Of a stretch of DNA of 64,000 bases, positions 28,549 through 37,952 are shown in pieces. The DNA is from Candidatus Omnitrophota bacterium (GTDB lineage Bacteria > Omnitrophota > Gorgyraeia > Gygaellales > Profunditerraquicolaceae), in contig JACQXK010000065.1 in the NCBI GenBank assembly GCA_016208765.1, positions 64,962 to 128,961 of the forward strand, in the 5' to 3' direction. Each line of letters opens with the position of its first letter. The stretch's first letter is position 1. The position numbers and the translations under genes are program-made. The notes under the pieces are model-generated. The model was given only the letters and a program-made list of their open reading frames with translations. It had not been told where the DNA came from and searched no databases.

Positions 28549-29967
28549 ATGTTATTTAATGATTATAAAAAAAGTTTTATTGTAGCGCACCTTTGTTTTT
28601 TATTGTCCTTGTGCGCGGTATATTTTATTCCTACCATTGCTTCATTGATTGGCGATAGTGTTCTGCCTCCGATGAATAAGCACCTGCGTTTTTATATTAT
28701 ATTTATTTTTAGCCTTGTGTTTATTTTTTATCTTTTAGATTTGTATTATTGTAACAAGATTAGGTTATTTGAATCAGGTAAAAGTATTTTGTCAGGTTAT
28801 TTCTGGGTTAGCACTGTTTCTGTAATGGTTTTTTTGTGTTCTTCTTATGCGTTACTATCTAGCGATTTATTTGAATATTCTTTACGCGCAAGAATGCTTA
28901 GTTTGTATAATTTAAATCCCTACTTGAGTGTTCCGGTAAAGATAAAACACGATTTTTTCTATCCTATGTTATTCTGGAAGAATACTCCAGAATGTTACGG
29001 CCCATTATGGGTTAATATCGGACAATTGCATTCAATTTTCTTTAAAAACAACATGTTCTTAACTTCTTTTATGCATAAATCCATACTTTTAATTTTCCTT
29101 GGGTTAAGCTCGTTCTCTTTTTATAAACTTGCTTCTCAGTTAAGAATCAAGAATTGCATATTATTGACTGTTGCTTTTTTCATGAATCCTTTGGTAATTA
29201 TTGCTACTATTATTGATGGGCACAATGAGATCGCTATGACGTTTTTTATTTTATTGGCGAGCCTGGCACTTCTACGTTCACGTTATGTTTTGGCTCTATT
29301 TTTATTAACACTGGCAATACAGGTTAAGTTTGTTTATGTTTTAATTGTGCCGTTGTTTATATTATATATTTTCAGAGATACATCTAAAAAGATGCTGTTG
29401 CGTTTTCTTGATATTATTACTGGGGCAGTGTTTTCACTAATTGTCGTTGTTCTTTTATGGTTGCCATTTGGCAAACAAAGCCTCCTTGCTATTATTGAGT
29501 ATTATAAGAACCTGAGTTTAAATTTTTGGTTTGATTCCATTCCTTTTGCTGTTTATTTTCTTTTAGATAAAATGGGGGTTGTTATTGATAAATATAACAT
29601 TGCGACATTGTTTTCTATTGTTTTTGTTTTAATTTATGTTTATCTGTTGGCAAACTTTGTAAGAAGAATTAAGCAGGACCAAAAGATATTTTTTACTACA
29701 GTCAGCCTCATTTTGCTCGCTTTGTTTATTACTAACTCAACTCCTTTTCAGGCGTGGTATTTGCTTTGGGTAATTCCTTTTATTTTGCTTAGCGGCACAA
29801 AAACAAGGTTTTTGCTGGTTTTTCTTTTGTCGTATTTCTTTATTCTTACCTTCTGGAAGAGGATGTCTGTTTTGTTTTTGCCTATGGTTATTTCTTACAT
29901 ATTAGTACAAATTTATTCAACTAAATTTGTAAAAATCAAAGGTTTTTTATATTCACTTGAGGAATAA
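28549..29967 (+). CDS. polytopic membrane protein, putative GT-C-fold (DUF2029-like) glycosyltransferase
   Basis: More than 10 TM helices, no soluble domain. Lies between an aminotransferase and a GT2. Confidence 0.35.
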   Translation: MLFNDYKKSFIVAHLCFLLSLCAVYFIPTIASLIGDSVLPPMNKHLRFYIIFIFSLVFIFYLLDLYYCNKIRLFESGKSILSGYFWVSTVSVMVFLCSSYALLSSDLFEYSLRARMLSLYNLNPYLSVPVKIKHDFFYPMLFWKNTPECYGPLWVNIGQLHSIFFKNNMFLTSFMHKSILLIFLGLSSFSFYKLASQLRIKNCILLTVAFFMNPLVIIATIIDGHNEIAMTFFILLASLALLRSRYVLALFLLTLAIQVKFVYVLIVPLFILYIFRDTSKKMLLRFLDIITGAVFSLIVVVLLWLPFGKQSLLAIIEYYKNLSLNFWFDSIPFAVYFLLDKMGVVIDKYNIATLFSIVFVLIYVYLLANFVRRIKQDQKIFFTTVSLILLALFITNSTPFQAWYLLWVIPFILLSGTKTRFLLVFLLSYFFILTFWKRMSVLFLPMVISYILVQIYSTKFVKIKGFLYSLEE

Positions 29968-29970
29968 GAT

Positions 29971-30687
29971 ATGTATTTGTCCATAATTATACCGGCTTAT
30001 AACGAAGAAAAAAGATTAGCTGTAACCCTTGATAAAATACGCGGATATTTAGAAAATAAGAATTTTGATTTTGAAGTTATTGTAGTTGATGATGGCAGTA
30101 AAGATAGAACAGTTGCGGTTTCAGTAAAAAGTCTTTTGTTTAAGGAAGGAAATCTGAAAGTTTTAAGAAATGCAGAAAATAGAGGAAAAGGTTTTTCTGT
30201 GAGGCAGGGAATTTTAAATAGTAAGGGTGAATTTGTTTTATTTAGCGATGCTGACCTTTCTACCCCTATTCAAGAGCTGGATAAGCTATATGAATATATA
30301 AAAAGCGGCTTTGATTTTGTTATTGGTTCGCGCAGCTTAGGAGATTCAGATGTTCAGGTGCGTCAGCCGTGGGTTAGAGAGCGGATGGGAAAGGTTTTTA
30401 ATTATTTTGTAAAACTGTTGCTTGTTTCAGGTTTTAGTGATACCCAGTGTGGCTTTAAGCTCTTAAGACGAGAAGTTGCTTATAAAATTGCGTCTTTGTC
30501 AAAGATCGATGGATTTTGTTTTGATGTTGAAATGCTTTATTTGGCGAGAAAACTTAATTATAAAGTAAAAGAGGTTGGGGTGATCTGGTTAAATTCTGTT
30601 CAGAGCAAGGTTAGGGTTTTGGGGAGTTCCTTTGATATGTTCAAGGATCTTTTACGCATTAAGGCTATGCATAAATGCATTTCATAA
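29971..30687 (+). CDS. GT2 polyprenyl-phosphate glycosyltransferase (DPM/DPG synthase-like)
   Basis: LSIIIPAYNEE...VIVVDDGSKD, DADLSTP (DxD). Confidence 0.75.
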   Translation: MYLSIIIPAYNEEKRLAVTLDKIRGYLENKNFDFEVIVVDDGSKDRTVAVSVKSLLFKEGNLKVLRNAENRGKGFSVRQGILNSKGEFVLFSDADLSTPIQELDKLYEYIKSGFDFVIGSRSLGDSDVQVRQPWVRERMGKVFNYFVKLLLVSGFSDTQCGFKLLRREVAYKIASLSKIDGFCFDVEMLYLARKLNYKVKEVGVIWLNSVQSKVRVLGSSFDMFKDLLRIKAMHKCIS

Positions 30688-32366
30688 AGAAATACCTTTC
30701 TTTTATTTTGGTTGTCTTTGTTGGTTTAATTCTAAGAGCTTGGGGGATCAATTTTGGCCTGCCTTTTCAGTTTCATCAGGATGAGCCGATAGTTGTTAAT
30801 CATGCGCTTGGTTATGGAACTGGAGACTTAAATCCGCATTTCTTTATTATTCCGCCATTTTCGTCTTACCTGGTTTTTCTGGGTTATGTAATTTACTTTT
30901 TAATTGGGAAATTATTCGGAACTTTTGGTTCAGCTCAGGACTTTGCAATGCAGTTTTTCGCTGATCCTACCTGGTTTTACTTAATCGCAAGAATAATCTT
31001 AGGATTAATCCCCGGAGTTGTAAATATAGCTTTAGTTTATCTTTTATACAGAAAGCTATTTGGAGAAAGAGGTTCTTTATATTCAGCTTGTGTGGCCAGC
31101 TTTTCATTTTTAATGGTAACTAACAGCCATTATGCTTATGCTGATAATTTGCTGGTTAGTTTTATTTTATTATCATATATTTACCTTGTAAGAATAACTG
31201 TAAGGCCGGACATAATAAATTATATTTTTGCCGGGTTATTTATCGGGTTGGGCATAGGTACAAAATATAATGCTGGAATTTTGTTAGTGAGCCTTTTTGT
31301 TGCGCACTGGATAGGATTTCAGTCTCAGGAGAATAAAAATTGGTTTAATTATCGTATTTTTACAGCTTTAGGTATTATTGCAGCGACCTTTATTGTTATT
31401 AATCCATTCTCAGCCTTAGACTGGCAGCTTTTCTTGTTTACACTTACAAATAAGATGCGCAGCGGATATGTCGGCTGGGCGCATCATATTTTCTATTCGC
31501 TTAAAGAGGGGATTGGCCTATTATTGGTTTTAGCAGGTTTTATTGGTTTTATCTCTATGTTTTTTAAAGAAAGAAGAAAGGCGGTTTTATTTCTTTCTTT
31601 TCCTTTGATTTTTTATGTTCACCTGGCGATAAAAAGCCAGCCTTATTCAAGATACGCATTGGCACTTGTACCTTTTTTTGCTATTTCTTGTGGATTTTTA
31701 TTTTTTAATGTTATTCTACCGAATACAAAAAACAGGTTTTTAAAATTTATTTTTATGGCAATAGCCTTAAGCGCTCTTTTTCTTACCTTAGTAAAAACAA
31801 TTAAATCCGATTTACTTTTTGCAGGTAAGGACACAAGAGAGATTGCAGCCAATTGGATTGAAGATAATATTCCTGTGTCTTCAAAGATTGCCATGGATCA
31901 TACTTCATTTTCTCCCCCGATTAAACAAAGCCTGGGGCAGATAAAAGAAAAATATGCTTATATAAAGAAGAACCAAATGGCAGAATTAAAAGGAAAAAGG
32001 CTTAATTTATTAATTCAGGCTTTAGTAAATAAGAAAACTTATAATATTTATTTCTTAGCTCAAAAAGACACTGAATTGGAATTTCTTTCTATGTATCCAG
32101 CTGTAGAATTTGATTTGGGGAAGTTACAAAATGAAAATATTGAGTATGTGGTGGTGCATTATAATGTTTTTTATCCTGAGAAGGATGATTTTATTAAGCG
32201 CTTAAAGGAAAATTCAACCTTGGTTGCCCAATTTAGCCCGTATTTTGATAATAAAATCAGGTATGCCTATGATCAAATTGATATTACATGTTTACCAGTT
32301 GAGAGCAAAGAGGTTTATTCAAGAAGGTTTAGCGGGCCAAGTTTAGAGATTTACAGACTTAAATAA
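30675..32366 (+). CDS. GT-C glycosyltransferase, GT39/GT83 (PMT/ArnT)-like
   Basis: N-terminal polytopic domain with a loop-1 DE motif (HQDEPIVV) and a C-terminal soluble domain. Confidence 0.55.
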   Translation: MHFIKKYLSFILVVFVGLILRAWGINFGLPFQFHQDEPIVVNHALGYGTGDLNPHFFIIPPFSSYLVFLGYVIYFLIGKLFGTFGSAQDFAMQFFADPTWFYLIARIILGLIPGVVNIALVYLLYRKLFGERGSLYSACVASFSFLMVTNSHYAYADNLLVSFILLSYIYLVRITVRPDIINYIFAGLFIGLGIGTKYNAGILLVSLFVAHWIGFQSQENKNWFNYRIFTALGIIAATFIVINPFSALDWQLFLFTLTNKMRSGYVGWAHHIFYSLKEGIGLLLVLAGFIGFISMFFKERRKAVLFLSFPLIFYVHLAIKSQPYSRYALALVPFFAISCGFLFFNVILPNTKNRFLKFIFMAIALSALFLTLVKTIKSDLLFAGKDTREIAANWIEDNIPVSSKIAMDHTSFSPPIKQSLGQIKEKYAYIKKNQMAELKGKRLNLLIQALVNKKTYNIYFLAQKDTELEFLSMYPAVEFDLGKLQNENIEYVVVHYNVFYPEKDDFIKRLKENSTLVAQFSPYFDNKIRYAYDQIDITCLPVESKEVYSRRFSGPSLEIYRLK

Positions 32367-32367
32367 T

Positions 32368-34602
32368 ATGGATAAGAGAAAAGACCTTGGTTATATCGGA
32401 TTGTTTGTAGTAATTGTTATTTTTGTTTTTTGGGATGTAGTTATTTTAAAATCCGCTTTTCTTAAAGGTGATTATGCCCAGCAATTTTTCCCCTGGTATA
32501 AGATTTACTCAGATAGTATAAAATCGTTCCATCTTCCTTTGTGGACAAATTATGTCCAGTGTGGGTTTCCTTTATTTGCCGAAGGGCAAATCGGCTCATT
32601 ATATCCTTTTAATTTGCTTTTTTTCTTTTTTCTTCCTTTTAAGGCTGCTTACAATTATTCATTTCTATTTCATTTTGTCCTTGCCGGAGTATTCACGTAT
32701 TTATTTTCAAGAAAATTAAAGGCGGCACCTTCGGGAGCTTTTTTGGCAGCCATACTATTTTGTTTTGGCAGTGTTTATGCCGGTTGTTTTGTAAATACAT
32801 CCAGCTTAAAATCTTTGGCGTATTTTCCGTTAGTCCTGCTTTTGTTTGAAACCTATTTAGAAAAAAGAAAAATCGGCTTTCTATTTTTAATTGGCGTAAT
32901 CGTTGGTTTGCAATTTCTATGCGGGGCAATGCAAATGACTGTTTACGCCCTGTTTTTTTACACAGTTTACTTTATGTATCGCAGCATTATAGAGAAAAGG
33001 CGCCTTATTGTTTGTTTTAAAGAGATAGCATTAATATCAGCTATTTCGTTTATGATTTCTTTGCCGCAATTATATTTTACCTCTGAATTGGCCAGTTATT
33101 CAAACCGTCAGGTTGCAAATCTTGGTTTTAGCCTTTGGAATTCGTTTAACCCATTATCTATGATCGGTGTTTTTCTGCCTTATTTAGGAGGCGTATTTAC
33201 AAAAGGTAATCTTATCTATGTTGGAGTTATTGGTTTTTTCTTTGTTTTTCTTGGAGGTTGGGTTTTTAAAAAAGAAAAAACAACCAGGGCTCTAATTTTG
33301 ATGTTTGTTTTTGCTCTGTTTTTGTCTTTAGGAAAGTTCAATCCAGTTTATGTTTTGTTAATAAAGATTTTTAAGTTTTATTATTTTCGCGCTCCGTCCA
33401 GGTTTGTGTATTTTGTAGTTTTTTCGTTAAGCATTTTAAGCGGGTTAGGTTTTTCTTATTTTAGCCGTGCCAGGCAAGCAATTCCAAAGATCATTTACAA
33501 GATATTTTTTGTCCTTGTGGCGCTATCGCTTGGTTTGGTTCTTACAGTAAAGGCTGTTTTTTATTTCTGGGGCAAGGAAATGCTTTTCTTCCTGAAAGGG
33601 TATGTAAGTAAGCATGTTTTTGGCCAAGTTTATCACCGCTATGATTTAGAAACTTACTTAAACAAAACGGAGTCTTTTTATAATGAAATGCTGGCAAGAT
33701 TTTCTTTTAGTAATCCCGTTGTTATTTTTTCAATAGTTATTTTAGTTTTATCAGCAGCCTTAATCTATTTTCTTAATTCAAAAAGAACGAAGCTGGTAAG
33801 ATCGTTATGTTTTCTTTTAATTTTTATTGAATTGTTTTTCTTTAGCTATATTTCAAGCGCAATCCGGGGAAATCTGGCAAACTTTAAAGATATCTCTCCC
33901 AAGGAAGTTAGTGTGATTTCTTTATTAAGAGATGATAAAGAAATCTCTAGAATTTTACCTTTTGGTGAGTTTAGTTCTTTACCTTCTTGGGCAATGCCAA
34001 GCTTAAACGCATATTACAAAATTGAGAGCGTGGGTTTTTATTCGCCACTTTTAAACCGCGATTATTATCTGGTTGCACAGGATCTTGGGATTGTTGATGA
34101 TTCACTTGGTATTGTCCCTGTTAAAAAAGAGAAGCTATTTGAGAAAATTGACTTAGTAAGAGATTTAAATGTTAAGTATATTATTTCTGACATGGGGTTA
34201 GAAAATTCTAACTTAGAGTTTTTAACGAAAGAAAATGGGAGCTTTCTTTATCGTTTAACTGGTTATAAAAAGCGTTTTGAGTTTATTCCTTCTTGCGGCG
34301 GCTCTAAGGCAGAAATTGAGGTTAAGATGTATGTCCCTGGGGAGTTAAGCCTCATGGTTAGAAGTGAAAGCAGTGGTATTTTTATATTTAGAGAGAAATA
34401 TTATCCGGGGTGGCAAGCTACGATTGATGGAAAAGTTGTTGAAATTAAGAGGTTCAATGATATTTTTCAGTCAATAAAGGTGCCAGCGGGAGAGCAAAAA
34501 ATTGATTTTAGATTTCAGCCCGTTAATCTTAACTTGTTTATGCTGGTATCAGGGCTGGTTTTTATATTTTGTCTCTGGTTTGGTTTAAGGCGGTGTAAAT
34601 AA
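32368..34602 (+). CDS. YfhO-family GT-C membrane glycosyltransferase
   Basis: 744 aa with YfhO N-terminal signature (GDYAQQFFPWYKIY...PLWTNYVQCGFPL) and a large C-terminal extracytoplasmic domain. Confidence 0.7.
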   Translation: MDKRKDLGYIGLFVVIVIFVFWDVVILKSAFLKGDYAQQFFPWYKIYSDSIKSFHLPLWTNYVQCGFPLFAEGQIGSLYPFNLLFFFFLPFKAAYNYSFLFHFVLAGVFTYLFSRKLKAAPSGAFLAAILFCFGSVYAGCFVNTSSLKSLAYFPLVLLLFETYLEKRKIGFLFLIGVIVGLQFLCGAMQMTVYALFFYTVYFMYRSIIEKRRLIVCFKEIALISAISFMISLPQLYFTSELASYSNRQVANLGFSLWNSFNPLSMIGVFLPYLGGVFTKGNLIYVGVIGFFFVFLGGWVFKKEKTTRALILMFVFALFLSLGKFNPVYVLLIKIFKFYYFRAPSRFVYFVVFSLSILSGLGFSYFSRARQAIPKIIYKIFFVLVALSLGLVLTVKAVFYFWGKEMLFFLKGYVSKHVFGQVYHRYDLETYLNKTESFYNEMLARFSFSNPVVIFSIVILVLSAALIYFLNSKRTKLVRSLCFLLIFIELFFFSYISSAIRGNLANFKDISPKEVSVISLLRDDKEISRILPFGEFSSLPSWAMPSLNAYYKIESVGFYSPLLNRDYYLVAQDLGIVDDSLGIVPVKKEKLFEKIDLVRDLNVKYIISDMGLENSNLEFLTKENGSFLYRLTGYKKRFEFIPSCGGSKAEIEVKMYVPGELSLMVRSESSGIFIFREKYYPGWQATIDGKVVEIKRFNDIFQSIKVPAGEQKIDFRFQPVNLNLFMLVSGLVFIFCLWFGLRRCK

Positions 34603-36255
34603 ATGAAGAAAACTTCTGTTAATCTATTGGCTTTTTTTCTTTTGGTGATTTTTGCGCTTTTGGCGTTTACAAGTATTTGGCCGGATAGAAAGTCACCGAC
34701 TTGCGATGAATTGGCGCACCATATCCCTACGGGATATATTTTGTTAACCAAGCATGATTACAAAATGGATACTTCGCATCCTCCTTTATCGCGTTACATC
34801 GTGGCTTTACCTTTGAAAGTTTTTATGCATTTAAGCGTTCCTAACGATTCTAAAGAATGGAGAAGGGCAGATCGTTCGGAGTTTGGGAAGGATTTCTTCT
34901 ACAAATACAATAACCAGCCTCAAAGAATTATATTTTATAGCAGGCTTGCAATAATTCTTGTCGGGCTGTTTTGCGGTTTGATTTTATTTTACTGGACAAA
35001 GAGGGCTTATTCTCCAGAAACGGCTTTATTTGCTTTATTTTTCTATTCTTTTTGCCCGAATATCTTGGCGAATACTGCGCTTGCAACCACCGATATGGTG
35101 GCTACCTGTTTTATTTTACTTTCAGCAGCTTGTTTCTGGTTTTATTTAAGAAATAACTCGCTGCGTAATATTATATTTGCCGGAATTTCTTTAGGCTTGG
35201 CTCAGCTTTCCAAGTATACGTCGGTTTTACTTTATCCAATTTTTATTTTAGTTTTTCTATTCGGATTTAAAGAGTTTGATAAAAACAAGAGAAAGGTGAT
35301 TTTCTGGCAAATTTTGTCAATTTTTGCTATTTCTATAATTGTGCTTTGGGCAGGATATGGTTTTGATTTTGAGCCTATACTTAAGAATGCAATGAGACAA
35401 AATGAGAAATTAGCAATTATACAGAATATTGTTTTAAAATTGTTTCCAACTGCCAGTACAGGGTTACTTCAAAGATTTGATTACTTTTTGTTAAATGTGC
35501 CAGTCCCCTTAGGGACGCATATCTTGGGGGTTTTAGGAATATTGCGCCATGGCTATGAAGGACATGGGACATTTTTCTTAGGTAAGTGGTCAGCACAAGG
35601 GAATCCTTTGTATTTTTTTGTAGCGTTTTTAATAAAAACACCTATACCGGCAATAGTTTTTCTTTTTGCGGGAATCATTGTTTGTTTTAAGGAAAAGATA
35701 AAGTTGGCTGAGAAAATTATTTTAACTACCATCTTAGTGTTGTTTACTGCTGCTTCTATGAATAAGCTGCAATTGGGGCTTAGGTATATTCTGCCAATTT
35801 ACCCTTTTTGTTTTATTTTAGCAGCAAGAAGCATTATTCTGTGGAAGAAGGTGTTTTTTAGATTATTTATGGTTATTTTGATGTTTTGGTATATTTTAGC
35901 TAATTTTTTTAGCTGGCCGAATTATTTGAGTTATTTTAACGAGTTTATCGATGGGCCAAAGAATGGGTATAAATATCTCAGAGATTCTAATATTGACTGG
36001 GGGCAGGATTTGCCCGAATTAGCAAAGTATATCAAAGATCATAAGATTAAAGAAATCAAGCTTATCTATTTCGGTACAGCAGATCCATCTTCTTATGGGA
36101 TAAGATATGCAAATTTTGAACCTCAGGATTATTTGTTTCCCAGGAAAGCAGTCTATGCTATTAGCGTGCACAAGCTGGAATCTGCTACATGGGCCTCTTC
36201 ATTAACCCCTACCGCAAGAATCGGTTATTCAATTTACGTCTACGACTTACGTTAA
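34603..36255 (+). CDS. GT-C glycosyltransferase, ArnT/PMT (GT39/83)-like
   Basis: PTCDELAHHIP loop motif (DE...H) after TM1. About 13 TM helices. Confidence 0.6.
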   Translation: MKKTSVNLLAFFLLVIFALLAFTSIWPDRKSPTCDELAHHIPTGYILLTKHDYKMDTSHPPLSRYIVALPLKVFMHLSVPNDSKEWRRADRSEFGKDFFYKYNNQPQRIIFYSRLAIILVGLFCGLILFYWTKRAYSPETALFALFFYSFCPNILANTALATTDMVATCFILLSAACFWFYLRNNSLRNIIFAGISLGLAQLSKYTSVLLYPIFILVFLFGFKEFDKNKRKVIFWQILSIFAISIIVLWAGYGFDFEPILKNAMRQNEKLAIIQNIVLKLFPTASTGLLQRFDYFLLNVPVPLGTHILGVLGILRHGYEGHGTFFLGKWSAQGNPLYFFVAFLIKTPIPAIVFLFAGIIVCFKEKIKLAEKIILTTILVLFTAASMNKLQLGLRYILPIYPFCFILAARSIILWKKVFFRLFMVILMFWYILANFFSWPNYLSYFNEFIDGPKNGYKYLRDSNIDWGQDLPELAKYIKDHKIKEIKLIYFGTADPSSYGIRYANFEPQDYLFPRKAVYAISVHKLESATWASSLTPTARIGYSIYVYDLR

Positions 36256-36270
36256 TTTAAACAGGTTAGT

Positions 36271-36300
36271 TAGTGACTATTAGTGACTATTAGTGACTAT
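36271..36300 (+). repeat. 3 x 10-bp perfect tandem repeat (TAGTGACTAT)
   Basis: Directly visible: tagtgactat repeated three times head to tail, preceded by a partial tagt. Located just upstream of the -35 element. Confidence 0.85.
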
Positions 36301-36312
36301 TAAGAATAGTTG

Positions 36313-36340
36313 TTGACTTCATAGGTAAATGTGTTATACT
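36313..36340 (+). promoter_or_regulatory. sigma70-type promoter with extended -10 (TTGACT-16 bp-TGnTATACT)
   Basis: TTGACT at 36313-36318, TG at 36332-36333, TATACT at 36335-36340. 45 bp upstream of the first radical SAM gene. Confidence 0.55.
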
Positions 36341-36384
36341 TTACCTAAATTGAATAAATTGCTTACCTTAGAGTTCATCAAAAA

Positions 36385-37692
36385 ATGAAAATAAAGCTTA
36401 TAAACCTACCTCAGCCAAATTCACTTGATGACAAACTTGACCCGCCTTTGGGCCTGATGTATATCAAGTCTTTTCTAAAAAAACACAATATTGATTCTGA
36501 TATTGTAGATTTGCCTTTTGTAGACAGAGATGATTGGAAGGATAAAATAGGGGATGCTGATTTATATGGCATGACTGTTTATTCTGCCTCATTATATTTG
36601 GCAAAAGAAGTAGCTAAAATAGCCAAAGAAAATAATCCAAAAGCTAAAATTATCGTTGGTGGGCCGCACCCTACAACATTGCAGGAGCAAACTCTTGAAG
36701 ATGAACCTAATTTTGACATTGTTGTCATGCAAGAGGGTGAAAAAACAATGCTTGAAATTGCCGAGGGAAGAAGCCTCAGCGCGATTGATGGTATTGTTTA
36801 CCGGCATTCACGGCAAATCTATAAGAATACCAATAGAGGCTTGATCTCAGATTTAGATATTATTCCTTTTCCCGATAGAGAATTGCTTGCTCAAAATAAA
36901 TATACCAGAAAAGTTTTAGGTAATTTTGCAACATCTTTGATTACCAGCCGCGGGTGCGTTTTTAATTGTAGTTTTTGCTGTAAAGATGTGTTTGGCTCTA
37001 AGGTGCGGTTTAGGTCCATAAATAGCGTAATTGAAGAAGTAAAACAGGTTATAGAGCGTTTCGGAATCAGGCATTTCTTATTTTATGACGATACCTTTGT
37101 TTTAAAGCGAGATAGATTATATTCTCTTTGCGAAAAGCTTTCTAAGTTGGATATTATTTTTCGCTGTAATGGCAATGCGAGGCATAATACTTTTGAAGAT
37201 TATCAGATGTTGTATGAGGCTGGATGCAGAGAAATTGCATTTGGGATTGAAACAGGTTCGCAGAGAATCCTGAATATAATTAATAAAGGGGTTACTGTTG
37301 AGCAGAACAGAAAGGCAATTATTGATGCAAGAAGGGCAGGATTATTGGTAAAAGCATATTTAATGATTGGAAATCCCGGTGAGACAAAAGAAAGCGTGCA
37401 GGAAACGATTAAATTTGTTAAAGAAACCGATCCTGATCAGTTTACGCTTTTTACATTTGTGCCTCTTCCTGGTTCTGATATCTGGAAGAATCCTGAAAAA
37501 TACAAAATCAAGATTATTAACAGGGATTTCAAGGAATATTTTAATATTGCCGGAGATAATGAGGGCGGGGCGGTTATTGAAACTGAGGAATTAGGCTCTG
37601 ATGATATTAGAAAATTAAGGGAAGAACTTTTGGGTTTTCTTAAATTAAAGGGCCAGCGTGGCCGCTTACAGGATTATTACACTAAACTATGA
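36385..37692 (+). CDS. B12-binding domain radical SAM enzyme (class B rSAM, likely methyltransferase)
   Basis: N-terminal B12-binding Rossmann (GGPHPT) and CxxxCxxC (CVFNCSFCC). Confidence 0.85.
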   Translation: MKIKLINLPQPNSLDDKLDPPLGLMYIKSFLKKHNIDSDIVDLPFVDRDDWKDKIGDADLYGMTVYSASLYLAKEVAKIAKENNPKAKIIVGGPHPTTLQEQTLEDEPNFDIVVMQEGEKTMLEIAEGRSLSAIDGIVYRHSRQIYKNTNRGLISDLDIIPFPDRELLAQNKYTRKVLGNFATSLITSRGCVFNCSFCCKDVFGSKVRFRSINSVIEEVKQVIERFGIRHFLFYDDTFVLKRDRLYSLCEKLSKLDIIFRCNGNARHNTFEDYQMLYEAGCREIAFGIETGSQRILNIINKGVTVEQNRKAIIDARRAGLLVKAYLMIGNPGETKESVQETIKFVKETDPDQFTLFTFVPLPGSDIWKNPEKYKIKIINRDFKEYFNIAGDNEGGAVIETEELGSDDIRKLREELLGFLKLKGQRGRLQDYYTKL

Positions 37693-37952
37693 GTAAAAAA
37701 GAGGAGCAGGATATGGAGATTAAAGCTAATGAGGTTTATACCACCCAGGAAGCACAGAGATTGTTAAAAGTCAGCCCAAGCACAACCATGCGTTTGATTA
37801 AAAAAGGTATTATCCGGACGGCAAAAGTCGGCAAGCAATATCGGATTATGGGAAAAGAACTTCTGCGGATACTTTCTCCAGAATTAGAAGACAAAGTAGG
37901 CAAGATTTACAATAAGGGTAGATCATGGCTACATGAGAGTGCAGATGAATAA
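37689..37952 (+). CDS. excisionase-family helix-turn-helix DNA-binding protein
   Basis: YTTQEAQRLLKVSPSTTMRLIKKGIIRTAKVGKQYRI matches the HTH_17/excisionase DNA-binding domain. 87 aa, overlapping both neighbours. Confidence 0.7.
   Translation: MSKKEEQDMEIKANEVYTTQEAQRLLKVSPSTTMRLIKKGIIRTAKVGKQYRIMGKELLRILSPELEDKVGKIYNKGRSWLHESADE

Noticed and set aside
36271-36300. Possible CRISPR array (direct repeats)
   Set aside because: Only three 10-bp units in direct head-to-tail tandem with no spacers. CRISPR repeats are 24-48 bp and separated by unique spacers. No cas genes in the window.
36256-36384. Cobalamin riboswitch upstream of the B12-dependent radical SAM gene
   Set aside because: The leader is only about 130 nt and very AT-rich, with no room or GC content for the roughly 200-nt B12 element and no recognisable B12-box. 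A promoter plus tandem repeat explains the region better.
37689-37952. Prophage or integrative element signalled by an excisionase-family gene
   Set aside because: No integrase, tRNA, att-like direct repeats or phage structural genes nearby. The gene is translationally coupled to biosynthetic genes on both sides.
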